Origin: Negativicutes bacterium
GTDB taxonomy: Bacteria > Bacillota > Negativicutes > UBA1444
Assembly (NCBI GenBank): GCA_963665275.2
Contig: CAXXIN010000015.1
Coordinates: forward strand, 32,001-96,000
DNA: 64,000 nt
Reading direction: 5' to 3'
The position numbers were made by a program, and so were the translations under genes. Each line of letters begins with the position of its first letter. Position 1 is the stretch's first letter. The notes beneath the pieces are model-generated. The model made no database searches. It was not told the DNA's origin and saw only the letters and a list, made by a program, of their open reading frames with translations. This document shows positions 19,384 through 28,897 of this stretch, one piece after another.

Positions 19384-19761
19384 TTATTTCCGGGACTTCA
19401 CCTCCTGTTCAACATCGACATAAACAGTAAGAGCAGCCACAGCAATCACGATCGTATCGCCGGAACCAAGTTCAGGCAGATCCAGACCGCGAACCGCCAG
19501 GCCGCCTGCAACAACTTCCAGCTCCGTCGTCCCAAACGGAATCATTTCCAGCACTTCGGAGTTGCGGATCTGTTCCGGGTGAGGCACGCCCAGCTTGACT
19601 GCGACGTGCATCCTGTGGGGGCTGTCAACTCCAAGAATATCGAATAAGCCGCAAAGGCAACTATGAGAAATCGCGTCTTTTACCGCCCGTTGAGCGGCTT
19701 TGGTTACATCTCCGCCATGAAGGTCTGCACCGGCGCCAATTTCGACGATATATCGTTTCAT
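19384..19761 (-). CDS. Lin0512 family protein
   Basis: MKRYIVEIG.G.DLHG.D.TKAA.RAVKDAI, PFG and V.GGL pattern; first gene after the sigma54 promoter. Confidence 0.75.
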   Translation of the reverse strand: MKRYIVEIGAGADLHGGDVTKAAQRAVKDAISHSCLCGLFDILGVDSPHRMHVAVKLGVPHPEQIRNSEVLEMIPFGTTELEVVAGGLAVRGLDLPELGSGDTIVIAVAALTVYVDVEQEVKSRK

Positions 19762-19817
19762 CCCCACTTTAGTACACCTCACTAGCTAAATTTTTAAATG
19801 CACATATAGTTTCCTAA

Positions 19818-19834
19818 TGCATAGGACGTGCCAA
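19818..19834 (-). promoter_or_regulatory. Sigma54 -24/-12 promoter of the aco/lipoate operon
   Basis: Minus strand TTGGCACGTCCTATGCA = GG-N10-GC consensus, downstream of a sigma54 activator gene. Confidence 0.88.
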
Positions 19835-19864
19835 ATAAAAAAAACCACCTGTTTTCAGGTGGTT
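19835..19864 (-). terminator. Intrinsic terminator of acoR
   Basis: Minus strand AACCACCTG-AAAA-CAGGTGGTT followed by a long T run. Confidence 0.8.
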
Positions 19865-19899
19865 GGACACTTTAGCGGCACAAACAACATTTGTCTGAT

Positions 19900-19947
19900 T
19901 GTAGCCGCGCGATACAATATCGTAGCGTTATGTAGCGCAGCGATACA
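19900..19947. promoter_or_regulatory. Two putative AcoR upstream activator sites
   Basis: TGTAGC-N5-GATACA at 19900-19916 and 19931-19947 (31-bp spacing), upstream of the sigma54 promoter. Confidence 0.65.
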
Positions 19948-19967
19948 ATATTTTCGTTATACCATAA

Positions 19968-21992
19968 TCACAGCTTGAAATTGTCGATCCCGTATCGCTG
20001 TAACTTGCGATAAATGGTAGTCCTTGCAACTCCAAGCTTCTTGGCAACGCGGCTGATATTGCCGCCATACTGATTCAAAAAAGCAACAATTTCCGCCTGT
20101 TCCGTTTGCTCCATTGCCAATATGCGCTGCTGTTTAACAGAATCCCCCAAAACAACCTGGGGAAATGGCTGAGGTTCAAAGCAGTCCGCATGAGCCTGAG
20201 GGTTATATATTTCGGGGGGTAAGTGCCGCAGCATGATGGTCTGCTCTTCAGAGATACTGACCACACGTTCCGCTACATTATACAATTCTCGCACATTGCC
20301 GGGCCAATTGTAGCTGCGCAGACAATCCAGCACTTTTTCATCGACTGAATATTTGTGGCCCCTTTCTTTGCCTATCTTATCTATAATATGCTGAAACAAT
20401 ACGATAATATCATTGCCGCGTTCTCGCAGGGGCGGCACTGTAATTGAAATAACATTCAACCTGTAATAAAGGTCCTGCCGGAAAGCGCCTTTTTCCACTT
20501 CTTTCAGCAGCGTTTTATTGGTAGCGCAGATTACGCGCACGTCCGCCGGAATGACCCGTTCGCCGCCAATACGAACTAGTTTTTTCTCCTGTAGTACCCG
20601 TAGCAGTGCGACCTGTTGTTCCAACGGCATATCAGCAATTTCATCCAAAAACAAAGTGCCGCCTGCAGCGAGCTCGAATTTTCCAGGTCTCCCTCCACGT
20701 TTAGCGCCGGTAAAGGCTCCTTCCTCATATCCGAATAGTTCGCTGCTGATCAGTTCCCGCGGTATCGCTCCACAGTTCACCGCAATAAACGGGCCATCGC
20801 TTCGTTCGCTGTGATGGTGAATGGCTTGCGCAAATAATTCTTTGCCTGTACCGCTTTCGCCTTGCAACAAGACATTGGAAAAACTCGTAGCCGCAAGTGA
20901 AGCGATCCTGACAGATTCCAATAATTTGGCACTATTGCCGATAATATCACCAAATTCGAAATTCGTATAATGACCGCTAAAGTGATTTACCAATCGTCTT
21001 ACTTGTTTAATTGGCCGCAGAATGATGACTCCGCCGTTTATTTTTCCCCGTTCATCAGTCAGCGGTTCTCCGGAGACCAAGCAATGGCTGGTGCCGTTCT
21101 TGATCGGCACCATGACCTCCACATCAGAATATGGCTGTTTGTTGTCCAACATGGTTCGCGTAAAATGGGCGGTATCGCCAAAAATCCCTTCGATGGGACG
21201 ACCGACTACATCTTTGCTCGAACTCCCGAGTATCTGTTTGACTACAATATTAACTTCATTAACAATTCCGCGATTGTCAATCAGAACAACCCCATCGGAC
21301 ATCGTGTTGAAGATACTGGTTAACCTTTTGTTAGCCAACGTAAGTTCATTGTTTTTTTGCTGAATCCTAAGTTGCATGGAAACAGCTTCAGCAGCGGCGA
21401 CAACCATCCCCAGCGTATGAGAATAGGTCGATTGAGCCGGTCCCGAAATATCCAGCACAGCCATAATTTTCCCATTTTGATCGGTTATAGGCGCCGCCGA
21501 ACACGTCCAGTGATGGTGACGCAGACAAAAATGCTCACAGCCTGATACTTGCATCGGCAGCCCCGTTGACAAGGAAGTGCTGATCGCATTCGTTCCAACA
21601 TGGTCTTCATGCCAGTTCGCGCCTGGTAAAAAGGACAATTCCCGCGCATTTTGAATGCGATCAGGATCACCAAAGATCTCTAGAACATACCCCTGCACAT
21701 CCGTAAGAACTACTACAAAACTGGAACCCCGGAAAAACTGATAAAGATTCTGCATGAAGGGTGTGGCTGCACGAATAATAACTTCATTTTTTTCCAGCAG
21801 TTGCTTCAGTTCATGCTGTTCGAGTACTATCCGGCCTCTGCCATCAGCAGGATTCACTCTGGTATCTGAGCACTTCCTCCAGGATTCGACGATAGGTGAA
21901 GATATGATTCCTTGTTTTATTTCACCAGAGTTGACGAAGGTTTTCCAAGCCAACGCCTTTTGCTGTAAGGATCGTTCCCCCGTATTTTTCAT
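19968..21992 (-). CDS. acoR: Sigma54-dependent activator, AcoR family (GAF-PAS-AAA+-Fis HTH)
   Basis: GTNAI...[11 protein letters not shown] domain, [48 protein letters not shown] and a C-terminal HTH. Confidence 0.9.
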   Translation of the reverse strand: MKNTGERSLQQKALAWKTFVNSGEIKQGIISSPIVESWRKCSDTRVNPADGRGRIVLEQHELKQLLEKNEVIIRAATPFMQNLYQFFRGSSFVVVLTDVQGYVLEIFGDPDRIQNARELSFLPGANWHEDHVGTNAISTSLSTGLPMQVSGCEHFCLRHHHWTCSAAPITDQNGKIMAVLDISGPAQSTYSHTLGMVVAAAEAVSMQLRIQQKNNELTLANKRLTSIFNTMSDGVVLIDNRGIVNEVNIVVKQILGSSSKDVVGRPIEGIFGDTAHFTRTMLDNKQPYSDVEVMVPIKNGTSHCLVSGEPLTDERGKINGGVIILRPIKQVRRLVNHFSGHYTNFEFGDIIGNSAKLLESVRIASLAATSFSNVLLQGESGTGKELFAQAIHHHSERSDGPFIAVNCGAIPRELISSELFGYEEGAFTGAKRGGRPGKFELAAGGTLFLDEIADMPLEQQVALLRVLQEKKLVRIGGERVIPADVRVICATNKTLLKEVEKGAFRQDLYYRLNVISITVPPLRERGNDIIVLFQHIIDKIGKERGHKYSVDEKVLDCLRSYNWPGNVRELYNVAERVVSISEEQTIMLRHLPPEIYNPQAHADCFEPQPFPQVVLGDSVKQQRILAMEQTEQAEIVAFLNQYGGNISRVAKKLGVARTTIYRKLQRYGIDNFKL

Positions 21993-22195
21993 TCGTCCCC
22001 CCCCTTTGTGAAGTGGTCAAGTAAAAACGGGTGCATAAAACCGCAAAAAAGTTAACCTTTTGTATGACCATTCGCCAATTATTATTCTATTCCTGCCGTT
22101 TATCACTCCAGTTTCAAAATTCGCTGGAAATACTATCAACCGGTTCAAGCGGTTATCCCTGTAAATTAGGTATTTGGATACAAAATGAAGGCTCT

Positions 22196-22602
22196 CTAGA
22201 CAACACTCAGTCCAGCTTGCGCCAAAGCCTGCCGTAAATCAGCGATAATATCTTCAGCATATTCCAGTCCAATATAGGAAACATTGGAACAAATGACATG
22301 GGCGTCTTTGTTCAGGAAAGCAAAAAAACACCGGCCTGTGCGGCAACCCCGCTCCCCAGCACTACACAGTCTTCGCCGCCTTCCAGCACAGCCAGTTTTT
22401 CCTGCAGGTAGATCTGGTTGGCGGAAGTCGTGCGGGTATAAATCAGTTGATTGGGATCGCTCCAATTCATCGTGGAAGCATCTTCCGGCAATCGATAGCT
22501 GTTTGCCATCGTTAGCGGTCGCCGAATACTGCCGGTTTCCTTATCAATCTCATTACCGGCATGAACACAGTTTGTGTAAAAGCCTTTTTCCGACTTGGCC
22601 AT
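22196..22602 (-). pseudogene. Trans-sulfuration PLP enzyme (cystathionine gamma-synthase/lyase family), internally deleted and frameshifted
   Basis: N-terminus (T.CVHAG, YTR, LEGGE, SGVAA) fused directly to the family C-terminus (IGLEYAEDIIADLRQAL); frameshift in the A7 run at 22322-22328. Confidence 0.8.
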
Positions 22603-22638
22603 AACATTCAGTCCCTTCTCTTTCCTTGTTTATACAAA

Positions 22639-22673
22639 CCGACTGGGGATATGTTGCCCATATTCCCAGTCGG
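22639..22673. other. Strong intergenic hairpin without a U tract
   Basis: CCGACTGGGGATATG-ttgcc-CATATTCCCAGTCGG, 15-bp stem with one imperfect pair. Confidence 0.5.
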
Positions 22674-22686
22674 CGATAAGACCCTT

Positions 22687-23514
22687 TTAGAAGGCAGGAA
22701 CAACTGCCCCTTTATATTTCTCTTCGATGAATGTCTTGACTTCCGGTGAAGTCAGCGCTTTGGACAGTTTTTCAATTTCCGGCCGTTTTTCATCACCCTT
22801 GCGCACTGCCAAAACATTGGCGTAGGGAGAGTCTTTGGCTTCCAGGAAAATTGCGTCTTTTGACGGCGCCAGTTTCGCTTCTAATGCATAATTGGCATTA
22901 ATAACAGCAATGGTGACATCATCAAGAGCCCGGGGCAGCAATGGAGCTTCCAGTTCTTTGATGACCAGTTTTTTGGGATTGTCCGTTACATCTTTGACGG
23001 TTCCCTTGATGCCAACGCCGTCTTTCAGTTTAATCAGGCCTGCTTTAGCCAGTATGGCCAAGGAACGGCCGCCATTTGTCGGATCATTCGGAATCGCCAC
23101 CTGAGCACCATCAGAAATATCCTTCAGATCTTTTATTTTTTTGGAATAAATGCCCATTGGTTCGATATGCACCGCGACCGTGTAGGTCAGATCCAATTTG
23201 CGGTCCGTGCTGAATTGTTGCAAATAAGGGATGTGTTGAAAGAAGTTGGCGTCCAGTTCTTTTTCCGCCAACGCCACATTCGGCCGGACATAATCGGTGA
23301 ATTCAATAATTTTGAGTTCAATTCCTTCTTTTTCCAGGGCTGGTTGGATCGCCTTCAGGATTTCCGCATGTGGCACCGCCGTAGCGCCCACTTTCAAAAC
23401 AACCTTTTTGGGTGCGGGTGCTGCCGGGGCCGGCGTTTCTGCTTTGCCGCCGCACCCTGCGGTGACTAAGGCCAGGGACAGTACTGCAAGAATGACTGCA
23501 ATAATTTTTTTCAT
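22687..23514 (-). CDS. metQ: Methionine ABC transporter substrate-binding lipoprotein (MetQ/NlpA)
   Basis: Lipobox TAGC, GATAVPHAEIL, DANFFQHIPYL, IPNDPTNGGR; under a SAM riboswitch. Confidence 0.92.
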   Translation of the reverse strand: MKKIIAVILAVLSLALVTAGCGGKAETPAPAAPAPKKVVLKVGATAVPHAEILKAIQPALEKEGIELKIIEFTDYVRPNVALAEKELDANFFQHIPYLQQFSTDRKLDLTYTVAVHIEPMGIYSKKIKDLKDISDGAQVAIPNDPTNGGRSLAILAKAGLIKLKDGVGIKGTVKDVTDNPKKLVIKELEAPLLPRALDDVTIAVINANYALEAKLAPSKDAIFLEAKDSPYANVLAVRKGDEKRPEIEKLSKALTSPEVKTFIEEKYKGAVVPAF

Positions 23515-23543
23515 GTTCTTTCCTCCTCGTATTTGTATTTATT

Positions 23544-23891
23544 TTAAATTCCGTCACCGCTAACGCCAGTCAGATCAGGAAGCCGCCTTTTTTCCGTCCG
23601 GTCTATCTGCACGATTCTACCACCTTGAAGTTTAACGACAACTTGTCCAAATTGCAGACCCTTCAGAGCGGCCGCAAGCGCGGAAAGTTTCCCTTTTGAA
23701 TTGGCGGCTGCCCTGTTGTGATCTCCTGCTGGAGATTTTCGCGGCGCAGGAAATTGATACTTTTCGTTCCGTTCGAGTTGAACAATCCGAGAATCCTGCA
23801 CAATAAAAACCAGGGAGCCAAATACTGTATCTTCAATTAACCGGGTCACTGTCAAACCAACTTCATTGGCCAAGGGATGATGATCTTGCAT
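23544..23891 (-). CDS. Tandem YezD/DUF2292 domain protein
   Basis: Two copies of the FG.v.i.vQ.g.IVQie..EK motif (FGSLVFIVQDSRIVQLERNEK; FGQVVVKLQGGRIVQIDRTEK). Confidence 0.75.
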   Translation of the reverse strand: MQDHHPLANEVGLTVTRLIEDTVFGSLVFIVQDSRIVQLERNEKYQFPAPRKSPAGDHNRAAANSKGKLSALAAALKGLQFGQVVVKLQGGRIVQIDRTEKRRLPDLTGVSGDGI

Positions 23892-24042
23892 GAAAATCAC
23901 TCCATTTCTTTTTACAAAGCATACTTTATTCCAGTGCCTGTAATAAATCTTCAATAATATCGGCAGGGATATCAGCGCGAGTTTGCACCGCCGGAAATGT
24001 AATCAAGGATTCCACTCTGCCCCATGGATAGATGCCGGAATC

Positions 24043-24074
24043 AAAAAACCTCTGTCCGAAAGAACAGAGGTTTT
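24043..24074 (-). terminator. Expression-platform terminator of the SAM riboswitch
   Basis: Minus strand AAAACCTCTGT-TCTTTCGG-ACAGAGGTTTTTT. Confidence 0.85.
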
Positions 24075-24087
24075 GCAAACTCTTGTT

Positions 24088-24190
24088 CTCTCATCTGCCA
24101 GGATTTCTCCTGCTGGATTTGGCACCACTGCATTGCTGCCGGTTGCCGGGTGTCATCGGGCCAGTCCCTCGACCACTCTTGATAAGAGAT
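24088..24190 (-). ncRNA. SAM-I (S-box) riboswitch
   Basis: Minus strand CTCTTATCAAGAGTGGTCGAGGGACTGGCCCGATGACACCCGGCAACC...GGTGCCAAATCC.GCAG...CTGGCAGATGAGAG; upstream of metQ. Confidence 0.95.
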
Positions 24191-24214
24191 GCACTATGTA
24201 ATTTTATTATCCCG

Positions 24215-24244
24215 ATTTTATTACTAAGATATAGGGGTTGTCAA
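24215..24244 (-). promoter_or_regulatory. Putative sigmaA promoter of the riboswitch leader
   Basis: TTGACA-N18-TAAAAT. Confidence 0.6.
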
Positions 24245-24265
24245 TACTTGATTTGTGTTTTTTAT

Positions 24266-24505
24266 TCAGTTATGAGAAGAGGTCAACAGCTGATTCAAGC
24301 TTCCAGTCTGATATCCGGCCAGATCGACGGTTACAAAAAGAAATCCAAGCCCTCGAAGTTTCTCGGCAATTGCTGGTCCGTGTTCCGCATTGGCTATCCG
24401 GCCGATTTCCGATGCATCCACTTCAATCCGCGCCAGATTGCCATGGTGGCGAACCCGGACTTGCCCCTGGCAATATTTTTTAATGATCATTTCCGCTTTT
24501 AATAC
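24266..24505 (-). pseudogene. larE: C-terminal remnant of the LarE-family ATP-dependent sulfur transferase
   Basis: QVRVRHHG.LARIEV...LGF.FVTVDL.GY.TGSLN is the LarE C-terminus; the PP-loop N-terminal part is absent. Confidence 0.7.
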
Positions 24506-24565
24506 TCGGATATAAACATTGTCAAATTCGAAAGACATTAATATCCTTTGCATCACTAACGAATA

Positions 24566-25252
24566 TTATTCCTGCTTAAGGGGAATGGCGATGATATACA
24601 CGTTGCGGGTGATCTGCCCCGGCTTCAGATACTGGACATCAAACCACATGTCCCGGAAGCGCCAGGCGTTAAAAGAGGAAATACCGTCCGGGTTGTTCGG
24701 ATTGCCCCAATGGGACGAGGGATCGGCGAAAAAGATAGTATCAGGCCCCTTGGTTGGCGACTCATAGGCCGCATGATAGCCTGTCGCCACCACCCAGTGT
24801 CCGCCCCAGTCGATCCATTCGACCAGTACAGGAATCCCTTTATTCAAATATTCCCGCACCAATTCAAGCGAGCCGTCTTCCCCACTGATCACTACGAAGC
24901 CGTTTTTCTCCAGCCAAGCTACCATCTGGTCTGTTGTTGTTCCAGGTCGTGGAGATTTCATATCCCCTGTTCCCATTTCCCGGGCGATTCGCATTTCAGT
25001 TTCTGCAGTCAGATCCTTATTACTCAACATATTGTACCAATGCATCAGCGACATAACTGCAGCCGGTCCGCAGGTGGCATCATTCGTTTGCTGATATCCC
25101 TTTACTCCCAGAGAAACATACCAAGGATTGGGAGTCATCTCATAATAGTTGGCTGCTGAAACCGAACTTGGCAACGTGGCAGCCGAAACTCCTCCGACTG
25201 CCACCAACACTAGAATCAAGCTTATGCATACAAAGGCTTTCATTATTTTCAT
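24566..25252 (-). CDS. Secreted C39-like (papain-fold) cysteine peptidase
   Basis: Signal peptide; QQTNDATCGPAA (Q...C), GGHWVVATGY (H) and ADPS (D). Confidence 0.8.
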   Translation of the reverse strand: MKIMKAFVCISLILVLVAVGGVSAATLPSSVSAANYYEMTPNPWYVSLGVKGYQQTNDATCGPAAVMSLMHWYNMLSNKDLTAETEMRIAREMGTGDMKSPRPGTTTDQMVAWLEKNGFVVISGEDGSLELVREYLNKGIPVLVEWIDWGGHWVVATGYHAAYESPTKGPDTIFFADPSSHWGNPNNPDGISSFNAWRFRDMWFDVQYLKPGQITRNVYIIAIPLKQE

Positions 25253-25298
25253 CGTCTTTATTACCTCAACCTCAATCGCACCTTCTCCTCAAAAACAG

Positions 25299-25925
25299 TT
25301 ACCGCCCAGGGCCCATCATCCAAATGCCATATCCGTTTTTTTGCCATTGCTGCATGTTTGCGATCTGCTGATCCGCCTGGGCCTGGGTGATCCAGCCCCA
25401 TTCTACCTGTTTATTTAAAACTTGTTTGCGGTTTTCGATCATCTGGTCCTGCCATGTGGTCATCTGCTGCTTCTGCTCGTCCGTCAGGTTCGCCGCCTTC
25501 TGTGCATATGGGGAATAGTAGCCCTTACCACCCCACATCATGCCATAGCCCCGATGGCCCGAACCCATCATACCGCCGCCCATCATACCTCCACCGCCTG
25601 ATTTCATCATACCTCCACCGCCGGCTCCCACCATCCACATGCCATATCCGTTACTCTGCCATTGCTGCATGTTAGTGATCTGCTGGTCAGCCTGGATTTG
25701 GGTAACCCAACCCCACTCAACTTGTTTTTTCAATACTTGCTTGCGATTGTCGATCAACTGGCTCTGCCAGGTCGCAATCTGCTGTTTTTGCTCGTCTGTC
25801 AGATTCGTCGCTTGCTGTATGTACGGACAGAAACCCGTTTGATCATCGGCATCAGCCGAGGCGATGTTCCCGGTCAAAGAACCTGACAACATGAGTATCA
25901 AGAGAACCAAGAGTATTTTTTTCAT
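25299..25925 (-). CDS. Secreted protein with two DUF2680/YckD-like repeats and a Gly/Met-rich linker
   Basis: Internal duplication NLTDEQKQQ..TWQ.Q.I.NRKQVL.KQVEWGW.TQ.QADQQI.NMQQWQ.NGYG; linker GGGMMKSGGGGMMGGGMMG. Confidence 0.75.
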   Translation of the reverse strand: MKKILLVLLILMLSGSLTGNIASADADDQTGFCPYIQQATNLTDEQKQQIATWQSQLIDNRKQVLKKQVEWGWVTQIQADQQITNMQQWQSNGYGMWMVGAGGGGMMKSGGGGMMGGGMMGSGHRGYGMMWGGKGYYSPYAQKAANLTDEQKQQMTTWQDQMIENRKQVLNKQVEWGWITQAQADQQIANMQQWQKNGYGIWMMGPGR

Positions 25926-26055
25926 CAGTAGTCCCTCCCTATTGCTTTTTTCAAGCTTCAAATCACTTGATATTATTCTTGCCGCTGGTCACAGGCTGAT
26001 AAACCATCAGATTTTCTCGCCATCCCCTACGAATGGCTTAGCGACATCATCAGGC

Positions 26056-26301
26056 CTATGAAAGATTTGCCTTCATTTTTTCGAATTCTTCGTGACTGAT
26101 TTCACCTCGTGCATAACGTTGTTTCAGAATTTCCAGTGCCGTATTCTCTGATGTCCGTGCAATTGATTTTGAATGGTTCATCAGCATGCGAATCAGAAAA
26201 AAGCCACCAACAAGAATGACCACCACAAAAACCAGCATGAAGATCCCTCCTCCGGCCCAGCCGTCCATCATTCCATAACCCCGTCCATATCCACATCCCA
26301 T
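26056..26301 (-). CDS. SHOCT domain membrane protein
   Basis: GYGMM N-terminus, one TM helix, ALEILKQRYARGEIS.EEFE. Confidence 0.85.
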   Translation of the reverse strand: MGCGYGRGYGMMDGWAGGGIFMLVFVVVILVGGFFLIRMLMNHSKSIARTSENTALEILKQRYARGEISHEEFEKMKANLS

Positions 26302-26379
26302 AATTGCACCTCCATTTTTCGGGGATCCGCTTAATCTGTGCTGCTTGAGGCTCGTTCATGCACAAACATTCCTTTTCTG

Positions 26380-28677
26380 CTACTTCTTTGGTTCCAATGT
26401 CATATGGCATTTGGGACAGTTGCCGGGCTTTTCCTGTTGCACCTCCGGATGCATCGGGCATGTGTACACAACCTTCTTTTCAGAACCGCTTTCGTTACTC
26501 ATGATTTTGCTCCTTTCATCCTCAGATTCAAGATTGACCGCTCGCAGTCGCAAAGCATTGCTGATGACCGAGACAGAACTCAGACTCATGGCTGCACCGG
26601 CGAAAATCGGGCTGAGCAGCAGGCCGAAAAATGGGTAAAGCACCCCTGCCGCCACCGGAATCCCCAGCGCGTTGTAGATGAAGGCAAAAAACAGGTTCTG
26701 CCGAATGTTCCCCATGGTCGCGCGGCTAAGACGGATGGCCTTGGCAATGCCGCGGAGGTCGCCTTTCACGAGGGTGATGCCGGCGCTTTGCATGGCCACA
26801 TCGGTGCCGGTCCCCATGGCAATGCCGACCTCCGCTTCGCTGAGGGCGGGTGCGTCGTTGATGCCGTCACCGGCCATCGCCACATGCTTGCCTTCCGCGC
26901 GAAGCTTCTTGACATGGGCGACTTTTCCGGCGGGGTCGATCTCCGCCTCCATCGCATCGATATTGAGTTGTTTCGCCACCACGTCGGCAGTACGCCGATT
27001 ATCGCCGGTAAGCATGACAACTTCCAACCCGAGCGCGTGGAGGTCGTGGATCGCGTCGATCGTGGTCGTTTTGATCGGGTCTGCGACGGCAAGGATTCCT
27101 GCCGGTTTGCCATCGATAGCGACGAACATCGCAGTCTTGCCTTCTTCTTGAAGTTTCGCAACCGAGGCCTCAAACGGCTCCAGGCCGGAGATCTTTTCCG
27201 TTCGCAGGAAATCCGGTTTGCCGACCAGCACCGCATGACCAGCGACATTGCCGATAACGCCGCCCCCTGTGACCGAACGAAAGTCTTTCACATCTCCGAA
27301 AGCAATTCCCTGCGCTTTCGCTCCCTGCACGATCGCGGCGGCGAGCGGGTGTTCGCTGCTCTGCTCCAACGAAGCAGCAAGATTCAGGAACTCCTTTGCG
27401 TCAAAACCGGTGGCAGGCAAGACGTCCACGAGCTTTGGCTTACCCTCCGTGAGAGTGCCTGTCTTGTCCACAACGAGTGTAGTGACTTTTTCCAACCGCT
27501 CGAGCGCCTCGGCGTTTTTCACGAGCACTCCTGCCTGCGCGCCGCGACCGACACCGACCATGATGGACATGGGCGTGGCCAGGCCGAGGGCGCACGGGCA
27601 GGCGATGATGAGAACCGCGACAGCGTTCACGATAGCATGCGCAAGTTTGGGCTCCGGTCCAATCCACATCCATATGGCGAAAGTAACCACCGAAACTGCC
27701 ACCACCGCTGGCACAAAAATGCCCGCAACCTTGTCGGCGAGACCTTGAATGGGTGCTCGGCTGCGCTGGGCCTCCGCGACCATGTTTACGATCTGTCCGA
27801 GCAGCGTATCACTGCCAATCCGCTCGGCGCGCATGACGAAACTGCCGGGTCCATTGACTGTGCCGCCCGTCACCTTGTCGCCGACGGTTTTTTCCACCGG
27901 CAGCGGTTCGCCGGTGATCATGGACTCTTCCACGCTTGAATGGCCCTCGACTACCGAACCGTCAACGGGCACTTTGTCACCTGGAACCACACGCAGCAAG
28001 TCACCGACTCTTACCTGCTCGAGCGGGACTTCGTGATCTCCCCCCGGTTCGACCTTTCGCGCCGTAGGCGACGCCAGGTTAAGCAACGCCTTGATGGCAC
28101 TGCCTGTGCGGCTGCGAGCGCGGAGTTCGAGCACTTGCCCAAGAAGCACCAGCACGACGATCACTGCCGCGGCCTCAAAGTAGATGTCGACCTTGCCCTC
28201 ATGCTGCATCGTGTGCGGAAACAGGCCGGGCATTAGCATCGCTATGGCGCTAAAGATGAATGCTGCCCCCACACCCATGGCGATCAGCGTAAACATGTTC
28301 AAGTTGCGCGTTACTATCGAGTTCCAACCGCGTTGGAAGAATGGCCACCCGGCCCACCAGACCACCGGCGTGGCAAGTGCAAATTGCAGCCAGCGCGAGG
28401 TGTGGCTATCTGCCCAGGGCAGAGCGGCCAGTGCCGGGACAATGTGAGCCATCGCCATAACAAACACAGGCAGCGTCAGTGCGGCGCCGATCCGAAAGCG
28501 CTTTGTCATGTCGAGAAGTTCAATGTTCTCCTCGTCATCCGCTCCCGCTGTCGCCGTCTTAAGTTCCAATGCCATACCACACTTGGGGCAATAGCCGGGA
28601 TGGTCCTGTAGAACTTCAGGATGCATCGGGCAAGTATATACTTTTTTACCTGAGGCAGGCACGACAGCTGTCACCAT
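26380..28677 (-). CDS. copA: Cu(I)-translocating P1B-type ATPase with N- and C-terminal YTCPMHP metal-binding domains
   Basis: [37 protein letters not shown] and MSLSS transmembrane ligands; YTCPMHP...CPKC at both ends. Confidence 0.93.
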   Translation of the reverse strand: MVTAVVPASGKKVYTCPMHPEVLQDHPGYCPKCGMALELKTATAGADDEENIELLDMTKRFRIGAALTLPVFVMAMAHIVPALAALPWADSHTSRWLQFALATPVVWWAGWPFFQRGWNSIVTRNLNMFTLIAMGVGAAFIFSAIAMLMPGLFPHTMQHEGKVDIYFEAAAVIVVLVLLGQVLELRARSRTGSAIKALLNLASPTARKVEPGGDHEVPLEQVRVGDLLRVVPGDKVPVDGSVVEGHSSVEESMITGEPLPVEKTVGDKVTGGTVNGPGSFVMRAERIGSDTLLGQIVNMVAEAQRSRAPIQGLADKVAGIFVPAVVAVSVVTFAIWMWIGPEPKLAHAIVNAVAVLIIACPCALGLATPMSIMVGVGRGAQAGVLVKNAEALERLEKVTTLVVDKTGTLTEGKPKLVDVLPATGFDAKEFLNLAASLEQSSEHPLAAAIVQGAKAQGIAFGDVKDFRSVTGGGVIGNVAGHAVLVGKPDFLRTEKISGLEPFEASVAKLQEEGKTAMFVAIDGKPAGILAVADPIKTTTIDAIHDLHALGLEVVMLTGDNRRTADVVAKQLNIDAMEAEIDPAGKVAHVKKLRAEGKHVAMAGDGINDAPALSEAEVGIAMGTGTDVAMQSAGITLVKGDLRGIAKAIRLSRATMGNIRQNLFFAFIYNALGIPVAAGVLYPFFGLLLSPIFAGAAMSLSSVSVISNALRLRAVNLESEDERSKIMSNESGSEKKVVYTCPMHPEVQQEKPGNCPKCHMTLEPKK

Positions 28678-28852
28678 AGCTACAGTCTCCTTTCAGGCAA
28701 GACCGATAACACGCTATATTATAAAGCAATTCCAAAAAAGCGATAGTCGATATACATTAATATCCAATTATTAGTTTATGTCAAAATAACGCACAATTCA
28801 TTAGAACGATGAAATAAATCTTCGTTAAAAAACAGGACTAGTTTTGTTCAGA

Positions 28853-28897
28853 TGTACAAGATTGCCCGAGATTATGCAACACGGGCAATCTTGTACA
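28853..28897. repeat. Perfect 16-bp inverted repeat
   Basis: TGTACAAGATTGCCCG-N13-CGGGCAATCTTGTACA. Confidence 0.7.

Noticed and set aside
25310-25810. Repeated DNA resembling an array
   Set aside because: Explained by the internal domain duplication and Gly/Met codons of the DUF2680-like CDS; no CRISPR repeat-spacer pattern here or elsewhere in the window.
26338-27939. 533-aa plus-strand ORF
   Set aside because: Antisense shadow of copA with no motifs. The same applies to 36645-37565, 47711-48643, 15945-16793, 30732-31622 and similar ORFs.
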